This document shows positions 62,764 through 64,000 of a DNA stretch of 64,000 nucleotides, in pieces. Source of the stretch: Schmidtea polychroa (lineage: Eukaryota); NCBI GenBank assembly GCA_044892525.1, contig CM097886.1, forward strand, positions 39,432,001-39,496,000. The letters run 5' to 3'. The position numbers were made by a program, and so were the translations under genes. Position 1 is the first letter of the stretch. Each line of letters opens with the position of its first letter. Below the pieces are notes generated by a model. The model was not told the DNA's origin. It did no database searches and saw only the letters and a list, made by a program, of their open reading frames with translations.

Positions 62764-64000
62764 GGTTAGACTATTTATACAACCTTTGACAAATCAGAAT
62801 AAAGTATTCGTACTGTAATATCTTTGCTAATCATGCTCTAATCATACATATCTTTGTTAATCAAAAAAAATAATATCAATACATTTATTTTAATTATAAA
62901 ATAATTCAAAATAAATAATGGAAATTTAAATATTGATGATATGTTTGCAGAGTTTGACGATTTTAATTTCGGTTGTATGATTTTTTTTTTGTATGATTGA
63001 TTTTTCAAATTTTTTTCATTGTAATATTGAACTGATTTTTTGAAGATCATCATTTGATTTACCATTAATTTTACTTATTTCATTTAATGCAAGTATTGCT
63101 TTTTTAAATCAGTTTTCATAATACCAATGGTTCATTGAAATACTGAATATCTTCATATATTTTAGTAGATAGATGTGAGTGTACTGGCTCAATTGGGTAT
63201 GCCTCATCGGTGAAGCAATAAGTCACCACGATGACTCATTGATCTAGTTGGACGAGAGTGAAGCCACAAGATGATTTATCATACTCTTTATTATGACTCA
63301 TGCTCTTTGTTTGACAGCTTGTCAAACACATGTCTAAATCCTTGTGTGAATTGTGTAAATTGAAATAACTTTTTGATGGAAATATCTATGATAATCAATA
63401 TAAATTCATACAACAGAGCGTGAATCAGAGAATATAACATCTTGAATGCTTCTGTGGACTCAATTGTCGCGACTGGACAAGGGCACAGAGTCAAATTCAT
63501 GAAAGTTTCGCAAATTTTGTCCATAACCCTCCTTGTAGATTGAGTACCAAATTATTTTTAGTGCTTTGAATTTGAAAGAATATTTTTTAGGACTTTTGTT
63601 TGAGTATGTTCAAAAGTATGTCCACATTACTTATAAAAGGGATAAAATATGATTAAAGAAAAGCAGAGTTGTTTCCAGTATTTTAGTTTCATTTTTAATC
63701 CTATCACGGTTTGGCATTCTCAAAATATGGTCACCTTTGTTAATGATATCTCCCAATTCATATTTTTAAAAAATTACATTACAAAACTATTAAAATGATA
63801 TTTAATATATTTTTCAAGCAAATATTATGCAAACAAAATTAATAAACAGAAATTATTATAAAATTAATAAATAAAATTAATTAAATTGTATAAATAAAAT
63901 TTATTTAGAAATTCGTTAATTCCTTCAGATCTGAATTGTTAATATTGAAAAAAATATATTTTTGTTATCAGTTATTATCTGACACTCCAAAACAACTTCT

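Noticed and set aside
63291-63524. 77-aa minus-strand ORF
   Set aside because: No recognisable motif or splice context.

Overview
Very AT-rich, transposon-dense eukaryotic scaffold with five N gaps. The 41-48 nt minimal introns and repeat content suggest an invertebrate, possibly a planarian or other flatworm (inference). Two host genes lie on the + strand and can be spliced by eye: the 3' part of a Slit-Robo GAP gene (F-BAR extension, RhoGAP, SH3; 10 exons, 11676-19834) and a SHP2/PTPN11/corkscrew tyrosine phosphatase gene (SH2-SH2-PTP; 26934-38341, one exon end hidden in a gap). The rest is mostly mobile DNA: a Tigger/pogo element, a small Helitron, a Ty3/Gypsy element with an Ac-type hAT nested in its integrase, Buster-type hAT MITEs, piggyBac MITEs, two Tip100-like hATs, Penelope remnants, and decayed USO1 and EF1-alpha fragments. 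The most notable object is a complete piggyBac (51564-54221, TTAA TSD) nested in a hAT. Its 610-aa ORF is open only if a canonical 64-nt GT-AG intron is retained, and each of its ends is a self-contained inverted-repeat module. Second is a pair of inverted Penelope-like pseudo-LTRs carrying a minimal hammerhead-ribozyme-like motif (44951-45552). All family assignments come from motif recognition without database searches.
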